Below, piece after piece: positions 11,258 through 24,831 of a stretch of 64,000 bases of DNA (positions within the stretch are counted from its first letter, which is position 1; each line of letters begins with the position of its first letter). The notes beneath the pieces were generated by a model. That model was given only the letters and a program-made list of their open reading frames with translations, was not told where the DNA came from and ran no database searches. The stretch lies in contig OX597814.1 of NCBI GenBank assembly GCA_951406725.2, positions 95,542,001-95,606,000 of the forward strand, read 5' to 3'. This stretch comes from Octopus vulgaris. Its lineage: Eukaryota. Made by a program: the position numbers and the translations under genes.

Positions 11258-12240
11258 AGAATAAGAATAGCCTGGGCAAAGTTCAGGGAGCTCCTATCTC
11301 TGCTGGCAACGAAAGGTAGACTATATGATGCATGTGTGCAAACTACCATGCTACACAGCAGTGATACATGGGCCATGACTGCTGAAAACATGCATCGGCT
11401 TGAAAATGATGCTAGTATGATCTGCTGGATGTGTAATGTTAGTGTGCATACACAGCAGAGTGTAAGTACCCTGAGAGAGAAGTCGGGCATAAGAAGTCTC
11501 AAATGTGGTGTGCAAGAGAGATGACTGCACTGGTATGGTCATGTGTTATGTATGGATGAGGAAGTGCCACTCCCTAACTGTGGAAGAGGTAGACCCAGGA
11601 AGACATGGGATGAGGTGGTGAAGCATGACCTTCAAACACTGGGCCTCACAGAGGCAATGATGGGAAACCAAGACCTATGGAGATATGCTGTGATTGAGAA
11701 GACCCGGCAACTAAAGTGAGATCGCAGTCACACGTCTGGTCCAGTTAAGAGTACCCCTGATGCGCTGTGCGATATGATATGCTTGAGAAGACCTGTTCCA
11801 AGTCAAGTAAAACCAATATTGTAGCTGTGGCCAGTGCCTCCTGACTGACTCTTGTGCCGGTAGAACATAAAAAGCACTGTCTGAATGTGGCCAATGCCAG
11901 TACCCCAACTGGCTCTTGTGCCAGTGGCATGTAAAAAGCACCAACCGAACGTGGCCAATGCCAGTATCCTCTGACTGGCCCCAGTGCCGATAGCACATAA
12001 AAAGCACAATCTGAATGTGAGCAATGCCAAGCCTACCTAACTGGCTCCTGTGCCAGTGGCACATAAAAAGCACCCACTACATTCTTGGAGTGGTCGTCAT
12101 TAGGAAGGGCATCAAGCTGTAGAAACATTGCCACATCAGGTTGGAGCCTAATGCAGCCGCTGGCTCTCCCAACCTGTCAAACCGTCCAACCCATGCCAGC
12201 TTAGAAAACAGATGTTAAACGATGTTGATGATGATGATGA
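11258..12240 (+). mobile_element. 5'-truncated RTE: ORF C-terminus, tandem-repeat 3'UTR and (GAT)n tail
   Basis: [13 protein letters not shown]...MLHSSDTWAMTAE...[15 protein letters not shown] matches the RTE ORF end. Confidence 0.92.
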
Positions 12241-12347
12241 ACACCACTATCATTTCACTAGCATACATAATTCACACATATGAATTTTTAAAACTTATTA
12301 GAAATTCCTTGCCTTCTTAAAAAATGTTAAAGGCTGTCATATTTTAA

Positions 12348-12557
12348 CCCTTTAGTGTTTAAACCGGCCATATATTCTATATGTTTTATATTCACACTGG
12401 CAATATCTAGCCTCTCACACCTAACCTACAATGCCATTCTAAAAATAAACAATTACATCATTGAAACCTCAAAGCTATGAGATAATGTTTGATTAATTCA
12501 AAACAATTTGAATTAAAAAAATATTACATTTAACAGAGTAATCTGAACACTAAAGGG
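12348..12557. mobile_element. piggyBac-type MITE
   Basis: TTAA on both sides; perfect 12-bp TIR CCCTTTAGTGTT/AACACTAAAGGG. Confidence 0.85.
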
Positions 12558-13249
12558 TTAAACACTAGCTGCATATTGAATAAAAAATATTACTTTCAGA
12601 CAGCAACAGGCTGTACTATCAGTCTATGAATACCAACAAGATCTTGAAAGATCATACAAATTTTAATTGGCCTGACTACAAACAAATTTTATGGTCAAAT
12701 TATCTGCTTTGGTATTTCCTCATTTTATTGACCGATCATTTCTCTCTCTGACGCAGTATAAATTATAATTTTAATGATTTTTTCCCCATGCTTATTTAAT
12801 TTGATGGTCTGATTAATGAAAAAGAAATGAGTTAAAATATATATAACAAAATTTATTAAATGTAACTACTTGGTACCTAAAATTATTCTTGGCAATTCGT
12901 GTTTAATATAAACCAATCTTACATCTGGAAGGAAGCAAAAAAAAAAAAAAAATACTTGTTAATTAGCATACTTAAACAAGTGATGAAATCAAAGCAGTAA
13001 CTATGCACTGTTTCAATAACATTTTTCCAAAAGTTTTAATACTTTTGGCTTTACAGACTTGTTTATAATTCTGATGAACACACACACTCTATAAATGTAA
13101 ACGATATATAAATTTTGACATGGTTTGTTATCTTCTGAAACAATGATAATAAATCAACGTAAATCATACATTGAAGATAATGAAAGAGTAAATTTATCAT
13201 AAATTCTCAATTACTTTGTATATCACTTATCTTGGAAGTGATATCCATC

Positions 13250-13645
13250 AAAAATATATATTGATCCACAGGTGATATGCTGTGCTTGAGAAGACCTGTT
13301 GAGTCAAGCACACTTGAGTGGCTCCCCGTGCTGGTGGCACGTAAAAAGCACTATTCAAACGTGGCCAATGCCAGTGCCCCCCACAACTGGTTCCTGTGCC
13401 GGTGGCACATAAAAGGCACCATCTGGATGTGGTCAATGCCAATACCGCCTGACTGGCTCCTGTGCCAGTGGAATGTAGAAAACACCCTCTACACTCAGAG
13501 TGGTTGGCATTAGGAAGGGCATCCAGCTGTATAAACCTTGCTAGATCAGATTGGAGCCTGGTGCAGCCTACTGGTTTGCCAGTCTTCAGTCAAACCATCC
13601 AACCCATGCCAGCATGGAAAACAGACGTTAAAATGATGATGATAG
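13250..13645 (+). mobile_element. RTE 3'UTR fragment
   Basis: Tandem gtgccggtggcac units plus the conserved 3' end. Confidence 0.88.
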
Positions 13646-13649
13646 CAAA

Positions 13650-14140
13650 AACACAGTGCATTGGACAAATTAAGAATAATTTGGAAGTTTACATTGCCTG
13701 ACCAGATGAAAAGAGAATTCTTCAGTGCCATCATAGAATCATTTCTTTACAGTGCATCAGCATGGACTCTGATAAAAAAGATAGAAAGCAAGCTTGATGG
13801 GACCTACATACATATGTTGTGTGCTGCTCTCAACAAGTCATGGAAACAACATCCCACAAAAAAAAAAAGAGCTTTTTGGAAATATCTCCCAACATTACCA
13901 ATCATTTGTGAACAGAAGGTAAGATATACTGGTCACTGCTATTGAAGTGAAGATGAATCAGTCAATGAGCTCTTTCCATGGAAATTCTCATGTTGGACAA
14001 CACAGAAAGACATACATTGATCAACTCTTTTTGTGATGTTGAGTTATAAATAGAAGACCTCAAAAGTGTCATGGAAGACAGGAATACTTGGAGGGAAAAA
14101 GTGGTTTTGGTTTGGGTAACCTGCCAAAATGATATACAGA
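13650..14140 (+). mobile_element. Decayed LINE ORF C-terminus (a different RTE-like family)
   Basis: ESFLYSASAWTL...KLDGTYIHMLCAALNKSWKQHPTK...YTGHC. Confidence 0.7.
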
Positions 14141-15089
14141 AAACAATGGATTGTATAATATATAGTAGGAAATTTACATTTAGCACTCAAATATTAGTTT
14201 CAGATTTTGGCACAAGGCCAGCAAATTTGGGGGAGTAGGGAAGTTGATTACATCAACCGCCGTGTACAACTGGTACTTACTTTATCGCCCTCTGAAAAGA
14301 TGAAAGGCAAAGTTGACCGCAGCAGAATTTGAATGCAGAATGTAAAGATGAACAAAATGTCATTAAGCATTTTGTCTGGTGTACTATCAATTCTGCCAAC
14401 TCACTACCTTATTTGACACTCAAATATTACTCACAAATTTAAATTCATAATCAGAGCTATGAAAGCAATAGGGATAGGAATGGGATAGGCATTACTGAAG
14501 TTATATTAATTCACATAAAGTAGCTGTAGAATATTGCCACTACCTTAGTTATCAATACTGACATAAAAATAAATCAAATTCAGAATGGTATATCAAGCAG
14601 CTTAAAGCTAAAATTTTATAATGTGTTGATTCTTCATTTTCCCTCATTTTCTTCTGAGCTATATAGTTTAGTAGTGATAGATTGTGGTTAAAACTATTTT
14701 CTCTACATATGTTGAAAGCCTAATTGGCATCTTTCATCTTTCTTTTACTTGTTTCAACCAGTAGAATGCAGCCATGCTGGGGTACCATCTTGAAGGGTTT
14801 TGTCGAAGAAATCAACCCCAGTTCTTATATTAAGTTTTTTTTTTCTATTTGCTGAACTGCTAAGTTACAGGGACATAAACAAACAAACACTGGTTGACAA
14901 GCTTTGGACAAAATACACACAGAAATGTATTATTAGGTACTGACATCAAACTATAATTATTTTTATAGCTAAATGTGAATGTAACCATATAACCTTATTT
15001 TTAATATCAATATTTGAGATACTTCTTTTTCCAAAACATTGATTATTAATCAGTATGACATTAAAAGAAAATTCAAGCCCACAGATTGT

Positions 15090-18000
15090 GAAAAATGGTT
15101 TATTAAAAAAAAAAAAAAAAAATGTATTTTATATATGTGTGTGTGTATGTGTGTATATATATAAAAGCAAACATTATAGCTTCTGACCATTTCGTTCAAC
15201 CATGTAACGTAACCTTGCCAATTACATTGATGGATTTAACAGTGAAAAATATGCTTTTCACTTTAAGCATTCATAAAAGTTCATTTATTTTTTGCTAAGC
15301 ACTCATGAAAAAATATTTCAAATACTCATATGAAGACACCAAACAGTGGCTGGCCAACTATTTTAATGTGGCAACCAAATATCATTCAACAACCTTTCTA
15401 CCATTTTTAAAATGGTTATCATGTAAACAAGTGACAGAGTCTATATGCAGCCACTCAAAGCTATTCAATATAGGAGCCAAATGCACATTACGTCCAACAA
15501 TGAAACCTCTCAGACCCATGACTATTCATATCTCAGTGAAAATGTTTTATCATTCACTGTAACCATAACCTGTCTACCTCCACCGATTATATATATATAT
15601 GTGCGTGTGTATATATATAAATATATATACATACACACATACAAACATATTTACTGAGTACTGACATCAGACTATAATTTTCTTAATAGCTATGAAAAAA
15701 CTTCAACCATAATCTAGTTCCTCCAAAAGAGATTAAAAGAACAGAATTAGACATACTGTTGCTATTAACCTGCTAGCAATCCATTTAAATCAACTTTTGT
15801 TAGTAGTCTTTTGATGAGATTAGCTTTTGATTCTAAACTGAAGTAATTTCAATTCCCTTATGTGGTTACCCATTGCCAGCTTCCTTGGACCTTTCCTAAA
15901 AAAAAAAATGGTTCTATTTATCAAACACCAAATCAATATATACTATTATTTTTGAGACTCAATCTGATGAAATGCACTTGGGTACTTCATGTAAATGTAA
16001 GTATACATTAAATTATGAATTCATATCTATATTTATGTTCATAATTTGTATTGCCCATGTTATATTGAAAGAATTGTAACTACAAAATTAAAAATAATAC
16101 CATAAATTCAAGTTTTTATAGCTTAAGCCAATATAATGAAACTAGTAGTAGATAGCTTCACCCACTACAAAAGCATATGCTACTAAATTTTGAAAAAAAA
16201 AAAACCTCAAAAAAACCTATGTCAATGTTTTCATGAACACTAACTACAAACCAAAAAAGAGAAAAAGAGGTTCATAAACTATTGTACACCCATACAATAA
16301 CTAAGTTTTAAAATGAAACCTGTACAGTATCAAAAAGTATCTCCATTTGCACACAACATTTTCTGGGTGTAATCAATCCAAAATATAACTACAAACCTAC
16401 TTAAAAACTAACATTACATTCATTAGACTTCCCTTCTCCTTTTTGTCTGACCCAGATAAATATGAAACGTATTCAATTAATTTTTATATTTGCTTCTACC
16501 AGACAAGGTTGGAAATAACTCTAATAAATCCTGAAATTGTCCCACATTGAGTTCAAGTCAATGAACTCACACAGTCATTTTCTAAATTTCAATATTATTA
16601 CAAATCAAATTTGAACTACATTAATTCATTTGATATCAATGGTTCCTATTTTTAAACTATCCTTTTTTTAAAGTATACTTAAATTAAATCCTTGCATCAC
16701 TAACGTAATAATGAACAAATTATTTTATTAACCTTTTAGCACTGAAACTAGCCATATTCTGCTGAAAATTTCTAATATATTTTATTTTAAAACTGGTCAG
16801 ATCCAGCCTCTCAAACCTACCTTATGATGTCATTCTTAAAAAAGACAATCACATCATCAAAATCTCAAAGCTATGAGATAATACATGATTAATTCAAAAC
16901 AATGTGAATAACATTTGACAGAGTAATCTGAATGCTAAAGCATTAAATCCCTTCAAATTTGTTACTTTCAAAACAAAGTGAAACATATTTTGCTTGAAAT
17001 TTGGTGAGAAAAGGGTTAAAATCACTCCTTATTTTCCTGCTACATAAGTCTCAATAAAATGTAAATTTAAAAAAAAAAAAAGCAGAAAAATTAAAATAGA
17101 ACAAGAAGTTCATTAAGAAATAATTCACTTTATTGACAAATAGATGTTAGGAAAAAAAAATTAAATATAACTTACCAGCTTAGAAATTGTCAATAAGTCT
17201 TTTTTTTTTTCACCCCCAATCATAACTTACATTACAAAAAAAATAAAATAAAATAAAATAAACAGGGAGGGGGATCTATAATGTGCATATAGACACACAC
17301 AGACACATGCACAGAGACATACAAGTAAAGAATGGAAAAATAAATAAAAGTTGTTTACTGATCATTAAAGAAATTTGAGTAGAGAACCATCGAAAGCATC
17401 TATCTCCAGTAAGAAGAGGGCAAATAGGTAGAAATGATAGCTGGAAATGTAGATGTTTCAAATATATGTGCAAAGAAGGGCCCAGGATGGTTTCTCTACC
17501 ATAAACAGCTGGACAGCAGAATGCCATCAATCCTGTTAGAAAAATAAGGGTTCTTTTGTTGGACTGGAGACATTATTACACTTATGTTATTGAAAAATTA
17601 TCTATTTTGGTGACCACTTCAGATGAGAAAGAAAGAAAAAATATAAACAAAACAAATAAAATAGCTATATATATATATATATATTGCATAAATTTAAAAA
17701 CTAAAAATACTGGTCTTATAAACAAAATTTGTTGGATTTAAAAAAATAGCAGGATTGAGGAGGAAGAAGAAAATAGTTTTGGAGTATGTTATTTAAAAAG
17801 AAAGGAAACCCACTCAGCAAACAAATACACTGATAGTTAACTACATGGGAAATATATTTTGTTTTTAAATATACTATAAAATCAGAAAATCAAAAGCAGG
17901 CAATCCTGTATTTTTTCTATAGAGATCAAATTAAAGGGGAAACAAAAGATTAACGTCTATATCCCTTTCTTTAAAAAAAATTTAATTAATAAATAAAAAT

Positions 18001-21000
18001 TTTTAAAAATGAAAATAAAAATGAAAAGAAGAAAATCTTCATTGTCTACATCTGTTGGATTTTGTAATTAAAAAAAAAAATCACAATAAACATTTACCTT
18101 CATCTATGATGAAATAAAAGGTAGATGAAAGTAACAAAATATAGTATTGGTAAAGAAGAGAATGTTTTAAAGTGAACCTCATGTTGGAACGTTAATTTAG
18201 ATGTCAAATATGATGATTTGAGATCAAGTGGCAGTGAAATCAGCAAGTTGTAAAGATAGAAAATTCATTTTTTTTCTTTTTTAGTAAACACAAAAAGGAA
18301 TCTACCTTCCAATTTACATGGCCACCAAGAGATATCAAACAGAATTTTATTTTTAAATAAGAAATAATTTATTAATTCATCAAACAGAAAAATTTAAGCA
18401 AGACGCTTTATGTGTCAAGATATTTTGTTTTTCTTGTCAATTTTACCTACACATAAAATAGAAATGTTTTCATAGAGATAATGTACTTTGAGAATGTTAT
18501 ATAAACCTTACAGAATGTTTCTGCTGATGGAATTTCGGAATATAAAGCCAATAAAGTAAAAATAGAATGATGTGGATTACAAATGAATAACTACTGAATA
18601 ATTAATACACTTAATAATTAAAAAAAAAAAGTCAAACACAGGCACACAAAGGAACAAAAATCAATAATTTAGAAAATCCATTTCATTATATTCAAACCTC
18701 TTCATTAGTTTAGAAATCATTTAGAATGAGATAATTTTATTTCTGTAAATATCTTGTCACAATACCATTTTCATTTAAAATTTTAAGAGTTTGCATGTGT
18801 GTGTATGCTATTCGGTTGCTTGTGGCTTTTCTAGAGATTTTGTTTAGATACTACAAAGAACCATTTAATTGAAAAAGAAAGATACATTAGGGAATAGAGT
18901 AATATTAAGTGGAGAATAAAGCGAAGTATCTAAAGAGATCACAATGATAGACAGGATGTAATTGAGTTGAAAAATAAAAATACGTGTCATCTAATATTTC
19001 TTTACTCTAAAATATTAAGAACAGAAATGTAATAGGAAATCGAAGAGAAGACTCTGAGCAAACCAGTAATACTATAAAAACATTTCAAAAGTAGTGAAAA
19101 TGGAAACACACACACACACATGCATACACACAGAAATAAAAGTATTCTACAAAGAAATCTATATTTTATTATTTTGTAACAAATGAATGAAATGATGATA
19201 TAAAATGCAATAAATAGATGAGATGATTAGGAGATGAAATATCGCATTTCTACTTTTTAAAAGAATTCATTGGAAGTAATTGAAGAATACTATTTTCCAT
19301 AGTTTCAAAAAGTTCTTATCTGGTTGGCCAAGATCCTACAAACATATATAAAAGTAAAAATGTATTAAAAACCTAATATAATATTCCTACTACTTTTCAT
19401 ATCAATATCATCAAGAATTAGAATAAATAAGCTGGTTTAAAATTAGTACAATTTTTGAAAAGAGGAGATCATTTTGAGATATTGAAAAAGATCCACTTTG
19501 ACACTGAATAAAAAAGGAACTTCAATACAGATGTTCAGTATAATTTGATGGTAGTCAACTAGAAAGATCCATTATAGCAATTTTGAAAGTATATAAGCAA
19601 AAGTTAAAATATTAATATAACAGATTACTAGTCTTTAATTATAGTGCATTAGAGCAAATGATTTTATGAACTATAAGATTATACAATGTTGATTCAGTCA
19701 TAACTCTCAGAGCAACTGAAATAATCTGTTAAAGACTATGGAATATTGTGAAATACACAAAGATGAAAGCGAATCCATTTATACAAAGTAATTAAAACTT
19801 CTGCATTTAGGAATATTTGTTTTGCAATATAAACTATTCTTTCTTATAGTGGTCCTCATTTCAATATATTTTTATAAGTGGCCCTCATTATCTCAATATA
19901 CTGATTGATTTAGTAATGTAATCAGCATTAGGGCAAACACAAATGAACTAAATAGATCATGAAAACAATCTCAAACTGGATACTAGTTAGATGAGTATGG
20001 AATGATGTGTAATAGATAATTACACACAACATGTTATGAAATAAAGTGAACAAATTAGGATGATAAAGTTATAAAGAAACCTTGTTTTGGAAACAAAATC
20101 AAACCCCCAAATTTTCCTAATGACAAAAAAATAATTTAATGATCTAAAATATATTTTTAAAAATCTGAAGAAAATAGAAAAATATTGAAGGTTAGAAGAA
20201 TTGATCAGAAGTAGAAATTACCAATCATGATAATACAGCTTCTGTTTCAATGATATAGACACAGTAACTGAGTTAATATATGTTATAAAATAGCATATAA
20301 TACTTTAAACCTATATTAAGTATGTATTGTTTTTTTCCCTATTATTAATCAATGTCAGTAACCATTTTTTATACATTATATTACAAATTAAGGTCTTTGA
20401 TTATGCTGCTGCAATTAGATACATTTCGTTTCACTGGATGAATAATCCTCAAATTACAGACTTATTAACTTGAAAAATAACAAGTATTTACTTTCAGAGC
20501 CATCTTCTCTTGTGAAATTGTATATATTGTGCTAAACTGTTATAATTATGATCATCATCAGTAGCAACTATATTTCAGTGATAGATATTAACAATGGCTG
20601 ATCAGTCATCAGAATATTAGAAAGTAGGTTTTCCATTGCAGAACTATAAAACTAAAAATTAAATTTTAAAAGAAATTGAAAGTATGATAACTGCTGAGCA
20701 TTATTAAAATTAAGAGGAGGCTTGCAAAATTAGATAAAACAACACAGACAGGAATAAATAAAGTTAATTATATAAATGATAATTTTTGTTTAGAACTGGA
20801 AAATTGCTATTCAACAAAATGAGATGAGATCAGTGAATGCAAAGGGCCATTATTGACCAATAGAATTATCAATGTAAAATTAATTTTAAATAAGGTTTTA
20901 TGAGAGAAACTGATTAAAATAATGAAGGCCACAAAATGAATTATTCATGAGCACAGGGAGAAAAAATACTGTAGAAAGCTAATTTACATGAAAAGATATA

Positions 21001-24000
21001 ACTATGTGTTTGTGTGTGTTTATATTACCAAATTGCAAACTGACACTGTCAACTAGTTACCCTGGTGCTTATATTAAGAACTGATTGCAAAGGCTGTTCT
21101 TTGTATAGAAATGGCAAGCATTGCGAATTGTCTTCAGGGGAACAGTAGGTTGGCAAATCTTCATAAGACTAGTGCACGGACGGACAAAGCTCACAGAGAT
21201 AGTCCACAATATGGTGAAGCCTTAATAAATAATGCTTACAACAGATATATTTTTAAAAAGATAAGATTTGTAATGGCAGTAGTTAGCAAGGGGAAGTTTT
21301 TTGACATGATACTTTACAGTTCATAAGTAACATTTTACATACACTCAACATAAGCCAAGAAACCTAGAATAAGATGGATTCAAAGAAGATGTCAAACAAA
21401 TGATGAATATCTTATTAACATTCACTTAGTAATAAAGTTTTTAATTTTATAAAATAAAAACAAATTTTTAACAAAATAAATATTCATTGGGTGCATAAAA
21501 GAGCCGAGATGTTTGAGAATAGTGACTTATACATTACTGCTGCTTATCTCCAAGTAAAGGTATACAGATAATTTAATGGCAGTGGTTTTTAGGATCTGAT
21601 AGTCTGATTGGTCAGTCAGTAAAGAAATATATAATGCAATCCATACATACCATATACATAACCTTTTAACTTATATAGCATGTGAACCTCAAAGGACAGA
21701 AGAGATAATAACAGTGGCAGTAAGTCCCTGAGGTCACATACATCGGTAGCAATACAACAACCATTATCACAATTACAAATTGCGTATTTGTTCTTTCACA
21801 TGGCATCAACATTGGAAATTTGAAGATAGTTTGAATTCAATACTCTTAGAATTTACTAAAAGTGATAGTCACTGAAGCTCTCTTTCCAACCAGTTTCATA
21901 CATTATTTTGCAAACAAAAATGTTACATGACATATAAAATTTATATATGAGAGGTAATAATTAATAAAATAAAATTTTAAGGTATCTCCTACTGCTTCAT
22001 AAATAGAATTCTGAGTTTTTGAGGTGATAAGAGTACTGTTAGAAAGTTGAAATCAGTTGAACTGCTAGAAAATAGTGGAAAACAAAACAAACATCAAAGA
22101 CTTCCCTTCAAGATAACTGTTTTCTTAAATAGTTTTGCCAACTGTAGATGAGACTAAAAGAAAAATATTACTTAAAAAGTATTTTAAGAAATTATAAATA
22201 TAAAAATAACAACCAAAATGAATTGGAATATTCCAACAAAAAGAAAACATCTTTTAAAAGAGAAACTAACAATGGTGAATAAGATTTTTGGAAATTGTTT
22301 TGCACACAGGAAAAAATAAAAATAAACACACACACGCACACACTAGCATACAAAATAAATTCTGGTTGGTGATATATTGGCACAAAAATCACAAGTTTTA
22401 TGTGATGAAATATAGTTGAATTCCTGAATCACATTAGTAAATGTTGGTACTGAATCCAGCTGTTAATACGAGGACCCTGCCCTCAATTAATTTAGATTTG
22501 TTGACAAGATCCTTGATACATGATTCATGATATATCTGCCATTGAATCAAATGGTACCCGAGATAAGGGGTAAAATCTAGGTTGAAAAATGAACTAAATT
22601 TGTTGCAGAAAGAAAATCTTTTTTTACTAAAAAAAATTTTAATAAATGTAAATAACTTACTTAATATAACCGTGAAAATTCAGTTTAAACTTGTATTGAT
22701 AATTAAAATGAAATTTAAAAAGAAAAATATAATTTCAGTAAAATTTAGGTTTCAAAGGCTTTCTGTTAGAACCACTAAATTACCAGAGTTGAACACAAAA
22801 AAATTACCAAAATGATTTAGGTAAAACAGTTTTCTAAGCTAATAACAAAAAAAAAAAAGGAAAAAAAAAATGGAAAGGAAAACAGCCGCATATTATTATG
22901 GCTGATTAGTTGGATTGTTGCTTAGTTACCTGTTGGCATGGCAATAAAGAGGAAGATTGAGGCAATGGCAGTGACAATTCCAAGCCATGTTCAAAGACAA
23001 TCCAGGTAACCTTGCAAAGTGGAAAAGGTATTTCCAGGCAGAAAATATGAGTCCGTAAAAGAGGTAAACCAGAGAGGAGGGGGTTATAAAATAAAAGCAG
23101 TAATAAAAAAGAATATATGTATATATATAAATGATAAATGCAAAAATTCAGTCTTTTTTCGTTTCCCGATATTCAAAATGAATTGCAACTACAACCACTT
23201 AAAAAAAAGAGGGGGTAGATATTAAGACGTAAGTGTAGAGCGGCAGGGCTTTAATTTGTAATCAGTACCGATTCAGTTATTGATGAAAACATTTTATATT
23301 TCCAATTATTTTAAATTATCTGTTGGATATTTGCTTTAAATATAAACTTTTCCTGGATGAATAAAAAGCAAGGCAACTGAGTAATGAATTAAAAATTGAA
23401 AGAAAATAATGTCTGATACACAGGTGCCAGTTTTAAGATTAACAGCCAATAGAGAAAGGAACTGATGCTATTGTAAATATAAACTCTTATTTAGTACTAT
23501 TTATGAACATTCATATTAACAACAGGTTTTAATAATGAAATTAGTAAGAACACAAAATAGTTAAAATGGGTCTAAGAGTAATCCAAATTAATGATTACTT
23601 ATATTTTAGTTACCTTTAAAATGAAAGTTGTACATTTTATTAACTTAATTTCAGTAACAGCTAAGTGCTTCAATGGCAGGTACATTAATTATCATAGGAG
23701 AGTAATATTTTAAAATTACCTCCATATAAAATTACTTTCTGAGAACATCTGTTAAATAAAAATATTGGGATTTGTTTTTTCTAAACTGCCTTTGAAACAC
23801 ATTAAGTTACAATCCTTTTGAACAGAACATTTCATTTTCGAATGTGTGTGCAAATTACATGCATAGCCATTCATGTGAGAGCATGCATATGCACATGCTT
23901 GCTTCTATATAGGAATCCTATTTTAATCACATCTGAAAGACATAATACCTACTGGAATTGAAAGACTGGAATTCAGACTCTATTTTGGCTGTAACTTTTG

Positions 24001-24324
24001 CTTTCTCTTCAGAGGGATAGGAAAGTATTAGGATATAGATGTTAACTACAGTGGCTAACAAGGAAGAAAGGGAAAGGAGAAAAACAAACAAACTTAAAAA
24101 AAAAAAAAAAGAAGACTTGCATAATAATCAAAAATGCTCTGAAGTATCTTTCAGATCACCCTATGTCTGCAGCCAAAAAGCTGAAGAATCTTCAAAGAGA
24201 ACCAGTTTTTATTATAAGGAATTACATGGCAGATAGTTAGTCCTCTGGTTTAAGAGGCATCAATGAAGATGAATGCTTGCCCTACGTTTGTGATTAGTCT
24301 ATTGCTCTGCACACAGTTGTTGAC
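15090..24324 (-). other. Putative long 3'UTR of KDM6A
   Basis: About 9 kb with almost no recognisable transposon (one MITE), U-rich on the minus strand; AATAAA candidates near 17128, 15283 and 15099; the true end is unknown. Confidence 0.45.
16732..16942. mobile_element. piggyBac-type MITE (same family)
   Basis: TTAA flanks, collinear with 12348-12557; another copy at about 56484-56696. Confidence 0.8.
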
Positions 24325-24580
24325 TTACTTAGACATAGAGCTGTTTGTTGTTGATGTGGTTGTGTTGAGCAGCTGGGGAGGTATGTGTACTGCTCCAGAG
24401 AGAGCTTCTGTAGATGGCAGATGAACTAAAGGACTTCGGCGAGGTAGCTGTCCTGCCTGATGTGCCAAAGTAGAGCTGCTTGATGTAATGGTAGAGTATG
24501 AAGATGATGATGAGGATGACGATGATGATGATGAACAATTGCTGATACTTGTTGGTTTTGATTGTGATGGCTGCTGCTGC

Positions 24581-24613
<33 letters not shown>

Positions 24614-24831
24614 GATGAAGTTATTTGTTTGGTCTGTGGAGCTCTTTTTACTTGGTGAATTGAAGGATGAAGTTGAAATTTATCAAACATATCCATTAAG
24701 TCTTGTAAATGATATTGTTCAAGAACGACAAAGCCTTCCAAGGTTGGACTGATCTTGCAAGCACAGTTTAGGCAGTGGACAATATGCTTTTTATCTTGTT
24801 CACTCACAAATAAGATATCAAAAACTTCTTC
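24325..24831 (-). CDS. KDM6A: KDM6A terminal coding exon: [24 protein letters not shown]...FDKFQL followed by a Q14/S12 low-complexity tail
   Basis: tttgtag|GAA; second CxxC of the Zn finger; open to TAA at 24325-24327. Confidence 0.88.

Noticed and set aside
24499-24535. PolySer codons as an exonised RTE (GAT)n tail
   Set aside because: No RTE 3'-terminal sequence adjoins it, and mixed TCN codons indicate an ordinary coding repeat.
24549-24752. PolyA/polyV plus-strand ORF
   Set aside because: It is the antisense reading of the KDM6A polyQ tract.
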